64,000 bases of DNA from an uncultured virus (IMG/VR IMGVR_UViG_3300010365_001574) (IMGVR_UViG_3300010365_001574), one strand, 5' to 3'; counted from the first letter of the stretch, positions 28,124 to 37,828 are shown. The notes: a model not told the origin generated them from the letters alone. Program-made: numbers and translations.

Positions 28124-28513
28124 ATGATCCTTTCAAGAGAGATAAATATTAAAATAATTGAGTCAAATTACAACTATTATGATTATTTAGGATATGATGT
28201 ATATATAGGAGAAGAAATTGTGATACCAGTTGATCTGTTACCAAAAGGTTCTCATTATAAAATTAAATGTAAATGTGATGTTTGTGGGGTTGAGAAAGAT
28301 GTAATCTATAAGAATTACCTTAAATATGATAATGTTTGGGGAGAGTATTATTGTAGAAAGTGTTCAGAGAGTAAGAGGAAGGAAACACTTAGAAAAAACT
28401 TTGGAGTAGATTATCCTATTCAGAATAAAGGAGTTTTAGATAAGATGAAAAAAACATTAATTAAAAAATATGGAGTGGATAATATCTCCAAAAAAATAAA
28501 AAAGAATGAATAA
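28124..28513 (+). CDS. Zn-ribbon plus KYGVDN-repeat DNA-binding module of endonuclease type, no nuclease domain
   Basis: CKCDVCG, CRKC, KNFGVDYP, KKYGVDNISK. Confidence 0.6.
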   Translation: MILSREINIKIIESNYNYYDYLGYDVYIGEEIVIPVDLLPKGSHYKIKCKCDVCGVEKDVIYKNYLKYDNVWGEYYCRKCSESKRKETLRKNFGVDYPIQNKGVLDKMKKTLIKKYGVDNISKKIKKNE

Positions 28514-30029
28514 ATTAAAAGAAGATAGTATCTATGATGGTACTATAGAATTCTCAAATAGTGGAAATGCATCCATTAGAATAGAGGATAAAAGTATTTT
28601 TATATTTAAAAAAAATACATTGAATGCACTTAACTCAGATAAAGTTAAAGTTAAGATTATTATTAAGAATAATAAAGTAGAAGCGGAAGTAATAGAAGTA
28701 TTAGAAAGATTCCGTACACAATTTGTTGGTAAAGTACACTTAAACAAAGACCTAACCTTTGTAATACCAGACAGTCAAAAAATTCCAGTAGATTTTTATA
28801 TTAAAGGAAACCATGATGCAAAGAATGACCAAAAAGTTTTGGTTGAGTTTTCAAACTGGGAACCTGGTTCTAAATCACCTAAAGGTAAAATTATTGAAAT
28901 CTTAGGAGAATCTGGAGATAACAATACCGAAATGAACTCAATTATGTATGAATATGGATTACCTAACAGTTTCCCTCTAATGGTTGAAGCTGATGCAGAA
29001 TTAATACCTTTTGAAATATCAGAAGAAGAAATTGAAAAAAGAAGAGATATGAGAGCAATTACAACCTTTACCATTGACCCTGTTGATGCTAAAGATTTTG
29101 ATGATGCTCTTTCAGTAAATATTTTAGATAATGATACTGTTGAAGTTGGTATTCATATTGCCGATGTATCTCACTATGTTAAAGAAGGAACTGATTTAGA
29201 TGATGAAGCAATTAGTAGAGCAACATCTGTTTACTTAGTTGATAGATGTGTACCAATGTTACCTGAGAGATTGAGTAATGGTGTATGTTCATTAAGACCT
29301 AATGAAGATAAACTTTGTTTCTCAGTTGTAGTTACTTTAAATAAAGAAGGAGAAGTATTGAATAAATGGTTTGGTAAAACTATTATACATTCAGATAGAA
29401 GATACTCTTATGAAGAAGCTCAAGAAATAATTGAAGGTAAAGATGGAGATTTCAAAACTGAAATACTTCTATTAGATACAACTGCTAAAAAAATGAGAAA
29501 GCAAAGAATAGAAGATGGTTCTATTGAAATGGGTGGAATTGAAGTAAGATTTCAATTGGATCCAACTACAAAGAAACCAACTGGTGTTTATTTCAAAACT
29601 CAGAAAGATGCAAATAAACTTATTGAAGAATATATGTTACTTGCTAATAAATTAGTTGCTAAAGAATTAAAGACTAAAATTAAGTTTTGTGTAAATAGAT
29701 CTCATGGTTTACCAAGTATAGAAAAAATAATGGAAATAAAAAATCTATGTGATAAATTAGGATATAATTTTGATACAAATGAAGATAATATAAAATCAAG
29801 TATTAATAGTCTGTTAAAAGATGTTAAAGGAAATCCTGAGGAAAATCTAATTAATACTTTAATAGTTAGAAGTCAACAAAAAGCATATTACACAACTGAT
29901 AATGTTGGACACTATGGACTTGGATTTGAGGACTATTGCCACTTTACAAGTTGTATCAGAAGGTATGCTGATATATTAGTGCACAGACTATTGACATTAT
30001 CATTAGACAATGGTGGTTATACAAAATAA
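28506..30029 (+). CDS. rnr: Ribonuclease R, N-terminal part (CSD + RNB)
   Basis: TIDPVDAKDFDDALS catalytic motif, VGIHIADVS, PMLPERLS, HFTSCIRRYAD; ends before the S1 domain. Confidence 0.92.
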   Translation: MNKLKEDSIYDGTIEFSNSGNASIRIEDKSIFIFKKNTLNALNSDKVKVKIIIKNNKVEAEVIEVLERFRTQFVGKVHLNKDLTFVIPDSQKIPVDFYIKGNHDAKNDQKVLVEFSNWEPGSKSPKGKIIEILGESGDNNTEMNSIMYEYGLPNSFPLMVEADAELIPFEISEEEIEKRRDMRAITTFTIDPVDAKDFDDALSVNILDNDTVEVGIHIADVSHYVKEGTDLDDEAISRATSVYLVDRCVPMLPERLSNGVCSLRPNEDKLCFSVVVTLNKEGEVLNKWFGKTIIHSDRRYSYEEAQEIIEGKDGDFKTEILLLDTTAKKMRKQRIEDGSIEMGGIEVRFQLDPTTKKPTGVYFKTQKDANKLIEEYMLLANKLVAKELKTKIKFCVNRSHGLPSIEKIMEIKNLCDKLGYNFDTNEDNIKSSINSLLKDVKGNPEENLINTLIVRSQQKAYYTTDNVGHYGLGFEDYCHFTSCIRRYADILVHRLLTLSLDNGGYTK

Positions 30030-30956
30030 CTTATCTTCTATAACTTCATCATATCTTATTATTAAAAGTTGAATATTATTATTTTTACAATATTCAACTT
30101 TTATTTTATCTTTTATCCTTTGATTTATTAAAGTATTCATACCACCAAAATGTTCTATTGGTTCATAATGTTGAATACCATTATATTCTATACATAGATT
30201 ATATTTAGGTAGATAAAAATCATATCTCAGTTCTTTGATATTTTTACAATCACTAAAAACATATTCTCTCTTATATTCAATATTATTATCATCCAAATAT
30301 TTTGATATTAATTTTTCTCCAATTGATTCCTTACATATTGAACATCCTTGTTTTCTATTAGTATGATGTTCAGGACTAATTTCAAATACTCCGTGTTTTT
30401 TACATATAATTTTTACTTTCATCAAACTATTTTTATATTCTGTTACTAGTGAATAGTCATATTTATCACCATGTATATCCTTACATCTTTGTAAAAATGT
30501 ATTTAATCCCATTCTTCTGTTATCCAATCTACATTTCATACAACCTTGACCACTTAGATGTGCTGATGGTCTTTGTAAAAATACACCATGTTCTTTACAA
30601 ATTATTTTAATTTTATGTGTGGTGTTTTTATATTCAACCATAGAATAATCATATTTATCATTATGTTTTTCTGAACATTTTATTAAAAAGTCAAATACTA
30701 TATTATTAAATATCTCTTTATTATATTTTATTTTATCTTCTATTTTATTATATTTTTCTCTATTAATTCCACATTTAGTACATCCATATTTACTACTAAG
30801 ATGATTACCAGGTTTTTGTTCAAAATTACCATGTGTTGGACAAATTATAATTACCTTAATATCATTGTTAATATAATTAACTTTTGAATAGTCATACTTA
30901 TCACCATATTTTATTTTTGATTTTTCTATAAATTCTTCTGTTGTTAATTTCTTCAT
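30003..30956 (-). CDS. Homing endonuclease, CxxHG repeats plus Vsr-like domain
   Basis: IICKEHGVF repeats; LRYDFYLP..IEYNGIQHY. Confidence 0.8.
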   Translation of the reverse strand: MKKLTTEEFIEKSKIKYGDKYDYSKVNYINNDIKVIIICPTHGNFEQKPGNHLSSKYGCTKCGINREKYNKIEDKIKYNKEIFNNIVFDFLIKCSEKHNDKYDYSMVEYKNTTHKIKIICKEHGVFLQRPSAHLSGQGCMKCRLDNRRMGLNTFLQRCKDIHGDKYDYSLVTEYKNSLMKVKIICKKHGVFEISPEHHTNRKQGCSICKESIGEKLISKYLDDNNIEYKREYVFSDCKNIKELRYDFYLPKYNLCIEYNGIQHYEPIEHFGGMNTLINQRIKDKIKVEYCKNNNIQLLIIRYDEVIEDKLFCITTIV

Positions 30957-30958
30957 GA

Positions 30959-31108
30959 TTATTTTTCTAATTTTTCTCTTATAATTTCAGAAACTTTAAC
31001 CACTCTTCCTTCTTTTACACTTTTATTTATTGCAAGGTCTACAAGTTCTTGGTATAATTCTTTTTTAATTCTAATTGTAACTGATCTATCCTTATTGTCT
31101 TTTGTCAT
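30959..31108 (-). CDS. 49-aa RHH-like protein (not in ORF track)
   Basis: MTKDNKDRSVTIRIKKELYQELVDLAINKSVKEGRVVKVSEIIREKLEK. Confidence 0.7.
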   Translation of the reverse strand: MTKDNKDRSVTIRIKKELYQELVDLAINKSVKEGRVVKVSEIIREKLEK

Positions 31109-31122
31109 ATTATTTTATTTAT

Positions 31123-31174
31123 TTTTTGTCTTACATTATATATTAAAACTTTATCTCTTCCTTTCATATAATTA
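31123..31174. repeat. 52-bp direct repeat, copy 1
   Basis: tttttgtcttacattatatattaaaactttatctcttcctttcatataatta, identical at 32809-32860. Confidence 0.9.
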
Positions 31175-31239
31175 TTATGAAAAATAATTAGGTGGTAATA
31201 TTTATTTATACTACTTTTACAAAAATAAATTAAAAATAT

Positions 31240-31743
31240 ATGAGAAAATTATTATTAGGAGCTCTACTACTATTGAGCATGGTAAGTTTTGCACAAACAA
31301 AGATTATTTATTCAAAAGATGTAATGACTGATAAAGAATCGGTTAGTATTTCTGATGTATTGATGTGTAGTGAAGATGGTAAAAAAGGATTTATTGTAAT
31401 GGTTTCATTAAATTTGAAAGATGGTATAGTAAATTACAATGGGTTGATTGTAAAATCTGCTTATGTTGGTGGGTGTCATGAAAATGATACCTTAATTTTA
31501 TTATTTGATGATGATACTAAAGTAACACTTTCTATGTGGAACAAATTCAATTGTGATGGTAGTAGTTATTTTGATTTTTATAAAAAAGAATTTGAATCAT
31601 TCTCAACTAAAAAAGTTAAAGCAATTAGGTTGTCAAATGGAAGAACATATGATAGTTACACCTATGTATTAAAACCATCTGAACAAACTTATTTTATTGA
31701 TGTAGCCGCATTGATTAAGGCTAATGTATATTCAACAAAATAA
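31240..31743 (+). CDS. Secreted protein with Bacteroidota-type signal peptide
   Basis: MRKLLLGALLLLSMVSFA-Q cleavage pattern. Confidence 0.75.
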   Translation: MRKLLLGALLLLSMVSFAQTKIIYSKDVMTDKESVSISDVLMCSEDGKKGFIVMVSLNLKDGIVNYNGLIVKSAYVGGCHENDTLILLFDDDTKVTLSMWNKFNCDGSSYFDFYKKEFESFSTKKVKAIRLSNGRTYDSYTYVLKPSEQTYFIDVAALIKANVYSTK

Positions 31744-31746
31744 AAT

Positions 31747-31777
31747 AAAAAAAGAGACTTATAAAGTCTCTTTTTTT
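31747..31777. terminator. Bidirectional terminator
   Basis: aaaaaaaGAGACTTataAAGTCTCttttttt; near-identical to 2492-2521. Confidence 0.8.
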
Positions 31778-32649
31778 ATTTTATTCAATATATTTTCATC
31801 ATATTTAATTGATATTAATTTAATATTATTACTCTCACAATAATCCTTCTTTATTCTATCCTTTATTATTTGTTTTTTTAATTCTTTAATACCACCAAAA
31901 ACATCGACTTCTTCATAATGTTGTCTACCATTATACTCAATACACATATCATAATCAGGTAAATAAAAATCAAATGGCAGTCTTCTTTTATATTTACAAT
32001 CATCAAATGTCTTTTGACCAATATATTGTATATTATTAGATATAAGATAATTTCTTATTATTTTCTCTCCTTTACTTTCTCTACACACTGGACAACCCTG
32101 ACCTAATAAATGTAAATCAATCTTTTGAGTAAAAAGACCATGTTCTTTACAAATAATATCAACCTTCTCTTTATTATTGTTATATTCTTTTACTAGTTTA
32201 TAATCATATTTATTATTATGAATAACATTTGACTTTCTAATGAAATTATCCAAACCCAACTTTCTACAATCATTACATCCTCTTTTTTGATATAAGTGGT
32301 TTTTAATACTGGTTGTAAAAACACCATGTTCTTTACAAATAACATCTATTTTATCCTTTACACTTTTATAATCAGAAGAAACTATTGAGTAATCATATTT
32401 ACCATTATGTAATTGAAAACATCTTTCTAATAAAATATCAATACCAATTTTCTTATCATCAATTCTACATTTATCACACCCTTGACCATTCAAATGGTTG
32501 TTTGGATTTATAGAATACTTTCCATGTTTTTGACAAATTATATCTACATTGGTTCTCATATTCTCATAAATTGTTATTGAATAATTATATTTATCCTTAT
32601 GTTTAAGTAAACATTTATCAATAAATATCTCTGTTGTTAATTTTTTCAC
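31759..32649 (-). CDS. Homing endonuclease, paralog of 30003-30956
   Basis: GTG start, MKKLTTE; ICKEHG repeats; LPFDFYLP..IEYNGRQHY. Confidence 0.8.
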   Translation of the reverse strand: MKKLTTEIFIDKCLLKHKDKYNYSITIYENMRTNVDIICQKHGKYSINPNNHLNGQGCDKCRIDDKKIGIDILLERCFQLHNGKYDYSIVSSDYKSVKDKIDVICKEHGVFTTSIKNHLYQKRGCNDCRKLGLDNFIRKSNVIHNNKYDYKLVKEYNNNKEKVDIICKEHGLFTQKIDLHLLGQGCPVCRESKGEKIIRNYLISNNIQYIGQKTFDDCKYKRRLPFDFYLPDYDMCIEYNGRQHYEEVDVFGGIKELKKQIIKDRIKKDYCESNNIKLISIKYDENILNKIKKETL

Positions 32650-32650
32650 A

Positions 32651-32794
32651 TTATTTTACTAATTTTTCTCTTATTATATCTGATACTTTAATTATTTTAT
32701 TTTCTATAACTGACTTATCAATTGCCTCTTTAACTATTTTATCATAAACTTCCTGTTCTATTCTTATTGTAATAGATCTACCTTTTTTAATCAT
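32651..32794 (-). CDS. 47-aa RHH-like protein (not in ORF track), paralog of 30959-31108
   Basis: MIKKGRSITIRIEQEVYDKIVKEAIDKSVIENKIIKVSDIIREKLVK. Confidence 0.7.
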   Translation of the reverse strand: MIKKGRSITIRIEQEVYDKIVKEAIDKSVIENKIIKVSDIIREKLVK

Positions 32795-32808
32795 TTTTGT
32801 ATTTATTA

Positions 32809-32860
32809 TTTTTGTCTTACATTATATATTAAAACTTTATCTCTTCCTTTCATATAATTA
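32809..32860. repeat. 52-bp direct repeat, copy 2
   Basis: Identical to 31123-31174; ends 2 nt before the ATG of the rnr C-terminal part. Confidence 0.9.
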
Positions 32861-32862
32861 GT

Positions 32863-33222
32863 ATGAAAATTGATAGAAATAAAATTAATGAAATGTGTAA
32901 ACACATTTCAAGTAGAGAAGTATTAGCAAAAAAAGCAGAACGTGATTCCATACGTTATAAACAAATTGAATACTTAGAAGATAAAATTGGACAAGTATTT
33001 GATGGAATTGTATCAGGAGTAACCGATTGGGGTATGTATGTTGAACTTATTGAAAGTAAATGTGAAGGTATGGTTAGATATAACAATAACTACACAGTTG
33101 ATACAGATAATTATATTGTATTTCCTAAAATGGGAGGTTCAATAAGATTAGGTGATGAAGTTAAAGTAACAGTTAAAGCAATTGACTTAGACAGAAAACA
33201 AATAGACTTTGAGATATTCTAA
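32863..33222 (+). CDS. rnr: Ribonuclease R, C-terminal part (end of RNB + S1 domain)
   Basis: CKHISSREVLAKKAERDSIRYKQIEYL..FDGIVSGVTDWGMYVEL..CEGMV..LGDEVKV..QIDF. Confidence 0.9.
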   Translation: MKIDRNKINEMCKHISSREVLAKKAERDSIRYKQIEYLEDKIGQVFDGIVSGVTDWGMYVELIESKCEGMVRYNNNYTVDTDNYIVFPKMGGSIRLGDEVKVTVKAIDLDRKQIDFEIF

Positions 33223-33644
33223 TGGAATTAAATGTTAAACTAAATAATAATACTTTAGACCAGTATGATAAAGCACTTTCCACTTATAATGAGTGGAAAT
33301 CTTTTTATAGGGATATTAAACTATCTACCTTACTTGAAGGTAAGAGAGTTCAGTTTGATATTGATAATATACAAAAGATTGGAATGGTTCATGATTTTGT
33401 AACTCTTGAGAATCCTGGTAAATTACAAACAATGGCCTTTAGTATAAGTGGTATGACTTTCATTATAAAAGATAATAATATTGAAAAGTTAACATTAGAA
33501 GCAGAATTTTTAGAAACTGATTGTGGAAAAAAATTAAAAGAACTTTATGATGCAGGTATAGAACTTGAAGTCAGACAAGTATTCACTGATAGAAATGTTT
33601 CATTCACAATAGACTTACCAGAAACTAAAAATCCTTTCAATTGA
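33222..33644 (+). CDS. Degenerate prohead-protease-like protein with RDIKLSTLL motif
   Basis: FLETDCGKKLKELYDAGIELEV resembles LLSTYWGKEAKALVNDGCPVFV of 25729-27948; catalytic His and Ser motifs absent. Confidence 0.55.
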   Translation: MELNVKLNNNTLDQYDKALSTYNEWKSFYRDIKLSTLLEGKRVQFDIDNIQKIGMVHDFVTLENPGKLQTMAFSISGMTFIIKDNNIEKLTLEAEFLETDCGKKLKELYDAGIELEVRQVFTDRNVSFTIDLPETKNPFN

Positions 33645-33653
33645 AAGGATTTT
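33627..33653. terminator. Bidirectional terminator
   Basis: aaaaaTCCTTTCAATTGAAAGGAtttt. Confidence 0.7.
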
Positions 33654-33660
33654 ATTTTTA

Positions 33661-35415
33661 CTAGAACTCAAACTCGCCTCCACCCTCTGGAGCAGGAGGT
33701 GCTTCTGGTGCTGCTTGAGGTGCTACTTGACCACCACCTTGTGCTGGTGCTTCTGGTGTTGCTTGAGGAGCTGCTTGTCCACCACCAGGCATTTCACCAC
33801 TTTCACCGGAGCCACCAAATCCTCCACCACCTCCACCACCTTCTGATGGAGCACCAGGTTCACCAGTAGCACCTGCTGCTTGATTAGCAACATCCATTGC
33901 CCAGTATTTAGCATTCTCAGCTTTTTCTTCTGGAGTAAGTTTGAATACATTATCCATAATCCATTCAATGTGAAAGTATGGTTTCTCACCATTCATAACA
34001 CCAAGTAAAGTACCAACTATACCTGCTTTCTTTTCTAAATTGTTTATCTTTTTCCATTCTTCAAATACTTGATTTGTAAAGAATGTAATATCAACAGCAT
34101 TTGTAAAAAACTCATCATCCTTTAACTCAGGAAACTCAATTAACATTTGTAATCTTAATGGTTTAACAATTAATTCTTTAAAGTTAGATCTTAATCTACT
34201 AATAAAGTTATGGAACTTAATCTCATCTCTTGTCATTTCAGCAGCATCAGTAACTAAGTTACCACCACCATTATCACTTTCAAATCTTGACATTGGTATT
34301 TTAGATGCTCTCTTTAATGCTTTAAAGAACCAATCCAACATTGTATCATCATTTAAGTTATGACCTTGTGGAGATTCTAATGTCATATTTGGAGTACCTG
34401 CATCTCCCTCAGGAAACCAGATTTGTTTGTTATAAGGTAAGTGTTTAGAACCATTAATAGTTAAAGTTCCCAATGAGTCATCCCATTCTACTTCTTCTGA
34501 ATAATCATGTATTAATTGTCCTATTTGTTCTTCTGCTCTTTGTCTTGACATACCTTTAATTGGAATAGTAAACTTCTGATAAATAGTTGCATTAATAATA
34601 TTAAACATTATTCTTGTTTGTTGTAATATTTTTAATTGATTGTAAGGTTTAATCAAACCCTCTACATAAGATGTCTCTGAAAATTCATTTTGAGTTGAAT
34701 ATGAAACATAAACTATCTGTGAATCTAAAAATATTCTTCTTAATTGTGGATCCTCAGGAAACTGAATCCATAAGTGACCAATTGAAGGTTCATAAGCAGG
34801 AACTAAAGTTTCTGGTCTTAATCTATTGAAACTAATAATATTCTTCTTTTTATCATCAAATATAATCTCAAGTGCAACATAACCATCAACTAAAAAGTCT
34901 TTCATCATATTCCAAGCAGTAATGTTGTCAGAGAATCCAAACTTATTATAAATAGATTCAAAGTACTCTTGATACTTATCTTGTATCTCTGTTGAATATT
35001 CTATAGGTAAAGCCACTGGTGAACAGAAATCTCTCTCATCATTATAAACTATACACTCATCAGCAATTGAGCTCACAAAGTCTCTAATCTCATCTTTGAT
35101 AGAGTATTCTCTTAAAATTCTTCTCTTATCAGCATAAGCTTTGTCTAAATAAGGTATTGATTTTCTGTTTAATACAGATGCTACAGCTCGTTGCGAGAAG
35201 AAGTCATACATTGAATTTCCACGAGCAGCATATGGATCCTCATTAATACCAATACCCACTTGATTTCTAATAATCATATCATCATAGTTCATTCCATATG
35301 ATGATAAAGTTCTTAATATCCTATTAAATAGTCCTTTATTTTCTACTGCAGATTGTCCTGCAGCACCAAAGTTGGCAGTATTGCTATTAGTGTCGAAATT
35401 ATTGTAACTACTCAT
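33661..35415 (-). CDS. gp20: Portal protein (T4 gp20-like) with Gly/Pro/Ala-rich tail
   Basis: FLVDG, LIKPYNQL, ASKIPMSRF, EMTRDEIKFHNFISRLRSNF. Confidence 0.9.
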   Translation of the reverse strand: MSSYNNFDTNSNTANFGAAGQSAVENKGLFNRILRTLSSYGMNYDDMIIRNQVGIGINEDPYAARGNSMYDFFSQRAVASVLNRKSIPYLDKAYADKRRILREYSIKDEIRDFVSSIADECIVYNDERDFCSPVALPIEYSTEIQDKYQEYFESIYNKFGFSDNITAWNMMKDFLVDGYVALEIIFDDKKKNIISFNRLRPETLVPAYEPSIGHLWIQFPEDPQLRRIFLDSQIVYVSYSTQNEFSETSYVEGLIKPYNQLKILQQTRIMFNIINATIYQKFTIPIKGMSRQRAEEQIGQLIHDYSEEVEWDDSLGTLTINGSKHLPYNKQIWFPEGDAGTPNMTLESPQGHNLNDDTMLDWFFKALKRASKIPMSRFESDNGGGNLVTDAAEMTRDEIKFHNFISRLRSNFKELIVKPLRLQMLIEFPELKDDEFFTNAVDITFFTNQVFEEWKKINNLEKKAGIVGTLLGVMNGEKPYFHIEWIMDNVFKLTPEEKAENAKYWAMDVANQAAGATGEPGAPSEGGGGGGGFGGSGESGEMPGGGQAAPQATPEAPAQGGGQVAPQAAPEAPPAPEGGGEFEF

Positions 35416-35530
35416 TATCTATTTTATATTTTTAATACTTGTATATATTAATTTTAATTTTCCTAATTATGGCAAAATATAATAGAGAGTGTGTATTATT
35501 TAATATATAAATAAAAAGTAAATACTAGTT

Positions 35531-36250
35531 ATGAATGAAATATATATCTATGCATTGAAAGATCCTGAGAATAATGAGATTAAATATATTGGAAAAACAA
35601 ATAATATTAAAAGAAGATATAATAATCATTTACAAGAGGTCAATAAAGGTATAAATACCAAAAAAGTAAATTGGATAAGAAAACTAAAAGAAAATAATAC
35701 TAAACCAATTTTAGAAGTTTTAGAAATATGTTGTGATATAAATTGGCAAGATAGGGAAATGTATTGGATTGATATAATAAATCCAAAATGTAATCAAACT
35801 AAAGGTGGAGGAGGTCAAATAACAACTAATTCAGACTATATAAAGAAAATATCAACTAGTGTCTTACAATATAATCTATATGGAGATTTGATAAATGAGT
35901 TTGAGTCATTAAATGAAGCCAGTAGAAATACTGGAATAGCAACACCAAATATAAGTAGAGCATGTAATGGTATTCTAAAACATGCAGGATTTTTTATTTG
36001 GAAATTTAAAGATATAGAGATAGTTAATAATAATTCTAAATTAAGTAGAATTAAAAATAAAAAAAGAGTTATACAAATTGATAAAAGTGGAAATATTATA
36101 TCAGAGTATGCATCTATAAGAGATGCAGCAACCATTAATAACTTTAATAGAAAAGCTATCTATAATTGTTGTCTTAATAACATAACTAATAGTTATAGTA
36201 CATCAAGTGGATATATATGGAAATATATAGATGATATAATTTATATATAA
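35531..36250 (+). CDS. GIY-YIG homing endonuclease with NUMOD1 domains
   Basis: YIYALKDP..KYIGKT..RYNNH; VLQYNLYG..FESLNEASR..GFFIWKF. Confidence 0.85.
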   Translation: MNEIYIYALKDPENNEIKYIGKTNNIKRRYNNHLQEVNKGINTKKVNWIRKLKENNTKPILEVLEICCDINWQDREMYWIDIINPKCNQTKGGGGQITTNSDYIKKISTSVLQYNLYGDLINEFESLNEASRNTGIATPNISRACNGILKHAGFFIWKFKDIEIVNNNSKLSRIKNKKRVIQIDKSGNIISEYASIRDAATINNFNRKAIYNCCLNNITNSYSTSSGYIWKYIDDIIYI

Positions 36251-36946
36251 CTATCTTTTCCCATACTTGGTAAGACTTGTCTGTAATCTCTTAATATGAT
36301 CCTTCATCACATTATACTTTTCTGAAATCTCACTATTAACATCATAAAAGTCATTTAATGCAGATGTCATTAATTCTTTATGTCTTTCATCTCTTTTACC
36401 AATTTTAGCAACCCATATTTCATTTAACTTGTTAGGATCATATTTATTTATAGGATGTTGTGAATATAAAAATCTTGGTAGTAACTCTAAACTAATTCTA
36501 TGAACTCTAACCAATTGAATTGCATTGAACTCCATTAAAGCATATTCAAATCCTAATTTTCTAATCTCATTATACATACCATTATAATCAACTTTTAATA
36601 AACTATTCTTTTCAAAGTCTTCTGGTAAAATAAACTTATCAAATAACATCACTCTTATCTCCATTGGAATAAAATTGAAATTAACTGCAAATAAAATTAC
36701 TTTATCATCAAACTTCTTAAAGTCTGCAACAAATACTGGTGAATACTTCATCCAGTTTGAATCATCTAAATAATGAAAGAAATAAAAACCTCCTGGGTAA
36801 ATATCAGTAATACTAATTGCCAATACATCTGGTGCACTTTGATTATACTTCTCATAAAAAAATAATGAGTTATTCTTAAAGTTCTCAACAATTCCATTTC
36901 CATTAACAAGTAAGCTAAGTTTAACTCTTTCTATTAGTTCTGCCAT
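36251..36946 (-). CDS. gp2: DNA end protector-like protein (T4 gp2-like)
   Basis: PGGFYFFHY..YSPVF..FAVNFNFIPMEIRVMLFD; divergent from gp4. Confidence 0.6.
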   Translation of the reverse strand: MAELIERVKLSLLVNGNGIVENFKNNSLFFYEKYNQSAPDVLAISITDIYPGGFYFFHYLDDSNWMKYSPVFVADFKKFDDKVILFAVNFNFIPMEIRVMLFDKFILPEDFEKNSLLKVDYNGMYNEIRKLGFEYALMEFNAIQLVRVHRISLELLPRFLYSQHPINKYDPNKLNEIWVAKIGKRDERHKELMTSALNDFYDVNSEISEKYNVMKDHIKRLQTSLTKYGKR

Positions 36947-36989
36947 AAGGGATTTTTATTTTTATATATAAAAAAAAGTAAATCAAACA

Positions 36990-37520
36990 ATGATAAATTC
37001 TAAACCTAACAACTCAAAATTTCATGGTGGTAACTTTATACCTCAGAATAAAGATAAGGTCTTAAAATTAAACACAGAGGGTGGTGTGTACTATAGATCA
37101 TCTTGGGAGAAGAAGATTATGTTCTGGATGGATATGAAACCTGAAATATTTCAATGGGGTGCAGAATGTTTAGAAATCCCATATCAGATGACTCACTTTG
37201 ATAATGGTGATGCAAAAGTTAAAGCACATAGATATTATCCTGACTTTTTTTATAGAATGAGATTAGCAGATGGTACTCTTAAAGAAGTAGTTGTTGAAGT
37301 TAAACCACAAAAAGAATATGATATGGTTATACAATTAAATGAAGGTAAATTTGCAAATGTACCTGAAACAAGTTTGAAAAAGTTAAAAAGTTTTGAGTAT
37401 GATTTAAAAATGGCATATAAAAACAAGAGTAAGTGGGAAACAATGATTGCTTGGTGTGATAAAAAAGGTTATAGTTTTATAATAATAACTGAAAATCACT
37501 TAAAGAAATTTAGTGTTTAA
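36990..37520 (+). CDS. gp4: Head completion nuclease (T4 gp4, TnsA-like)
   Basis: YRSSWEKK..WGAE..IPY..HRYYPDF..VEVKP..NKSKW..FIIITE. Confidence 0.88.
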   Translation: MINSKPNNSKFHGGNFIPQNKDKVLKLNTEGGVYYRSSWEKKIMFWMDMKPEIFQWGAECLEIPYQMTHFDNGDAKVKAHRYYPDFFYRMRLADGTLKEVVVEVKPQKEYDMVIQLNEGKFANVPETSLKKLKSFEYDLKMAYKNKSKWETMIAWCDKKGYSFIIITENHLKKFSV

Positions 37521-37828
37521 TCTAAAATATATTCTATTTCTTTTAACTCAACTAAGTTTCTAAGTTCTGTTTGTAATAATCTAATAGACTTTGCTTCTTT
37601 TATAATATTATAGATATTATCTGTAACTGAAACTTCAATAGGTGCACCAACTGCTACTTCATATTCATCAGGAATAACATTTGATTGTCTTAACTCATAT
37701 TCTCTATTGATATAATCCAATCTAGCTTCTAAATCTATATGTATAGAACAACCATCTGGTCTTGAACCTTTTCCTTTAATAGATTCTTCCCAAAGTTGAA
37801 GAATAATAGTATCTGATAATTTTTTCAT
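37517..37828 (-). CDS. Hypothetical protein
   Basis: ORF track; WEES..GSRPDGCSIH motif. Confidence 0.7.
   Translation of the reverse strand: MKKLSDTIILQLWEESIKGKGSRPDGCSIHIDLEARLDYINREYELRQSNVIPDEYEVAVGAPIEVSVTDNIYNIIKEAKSIRLLQTELRNLVELKEIEYILD

Larger units (their letters stand above)
30003..32860. mobile_element. Composite insertion: two endonuclease + RHH modules flanking a secreted-protein gene, splitting rnr
   Basis: Two paralogous modules, each ending in an identical 52-bp sequence; the rnr halves lie on either side. Confidence 0.7.

Noticed and set aside
31123..32860. IS/transposon with terminal repeats
   Set aside because: No transposase; the repeats are the direct-orientation promoter ends of two endonuclease modules.
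30030..32862. Group I/II intron in rnr
   Set aside because: No recognisable intron core; inserted ORFs are antisense, an internal terminator is present, and the 3' half has its own ATG.
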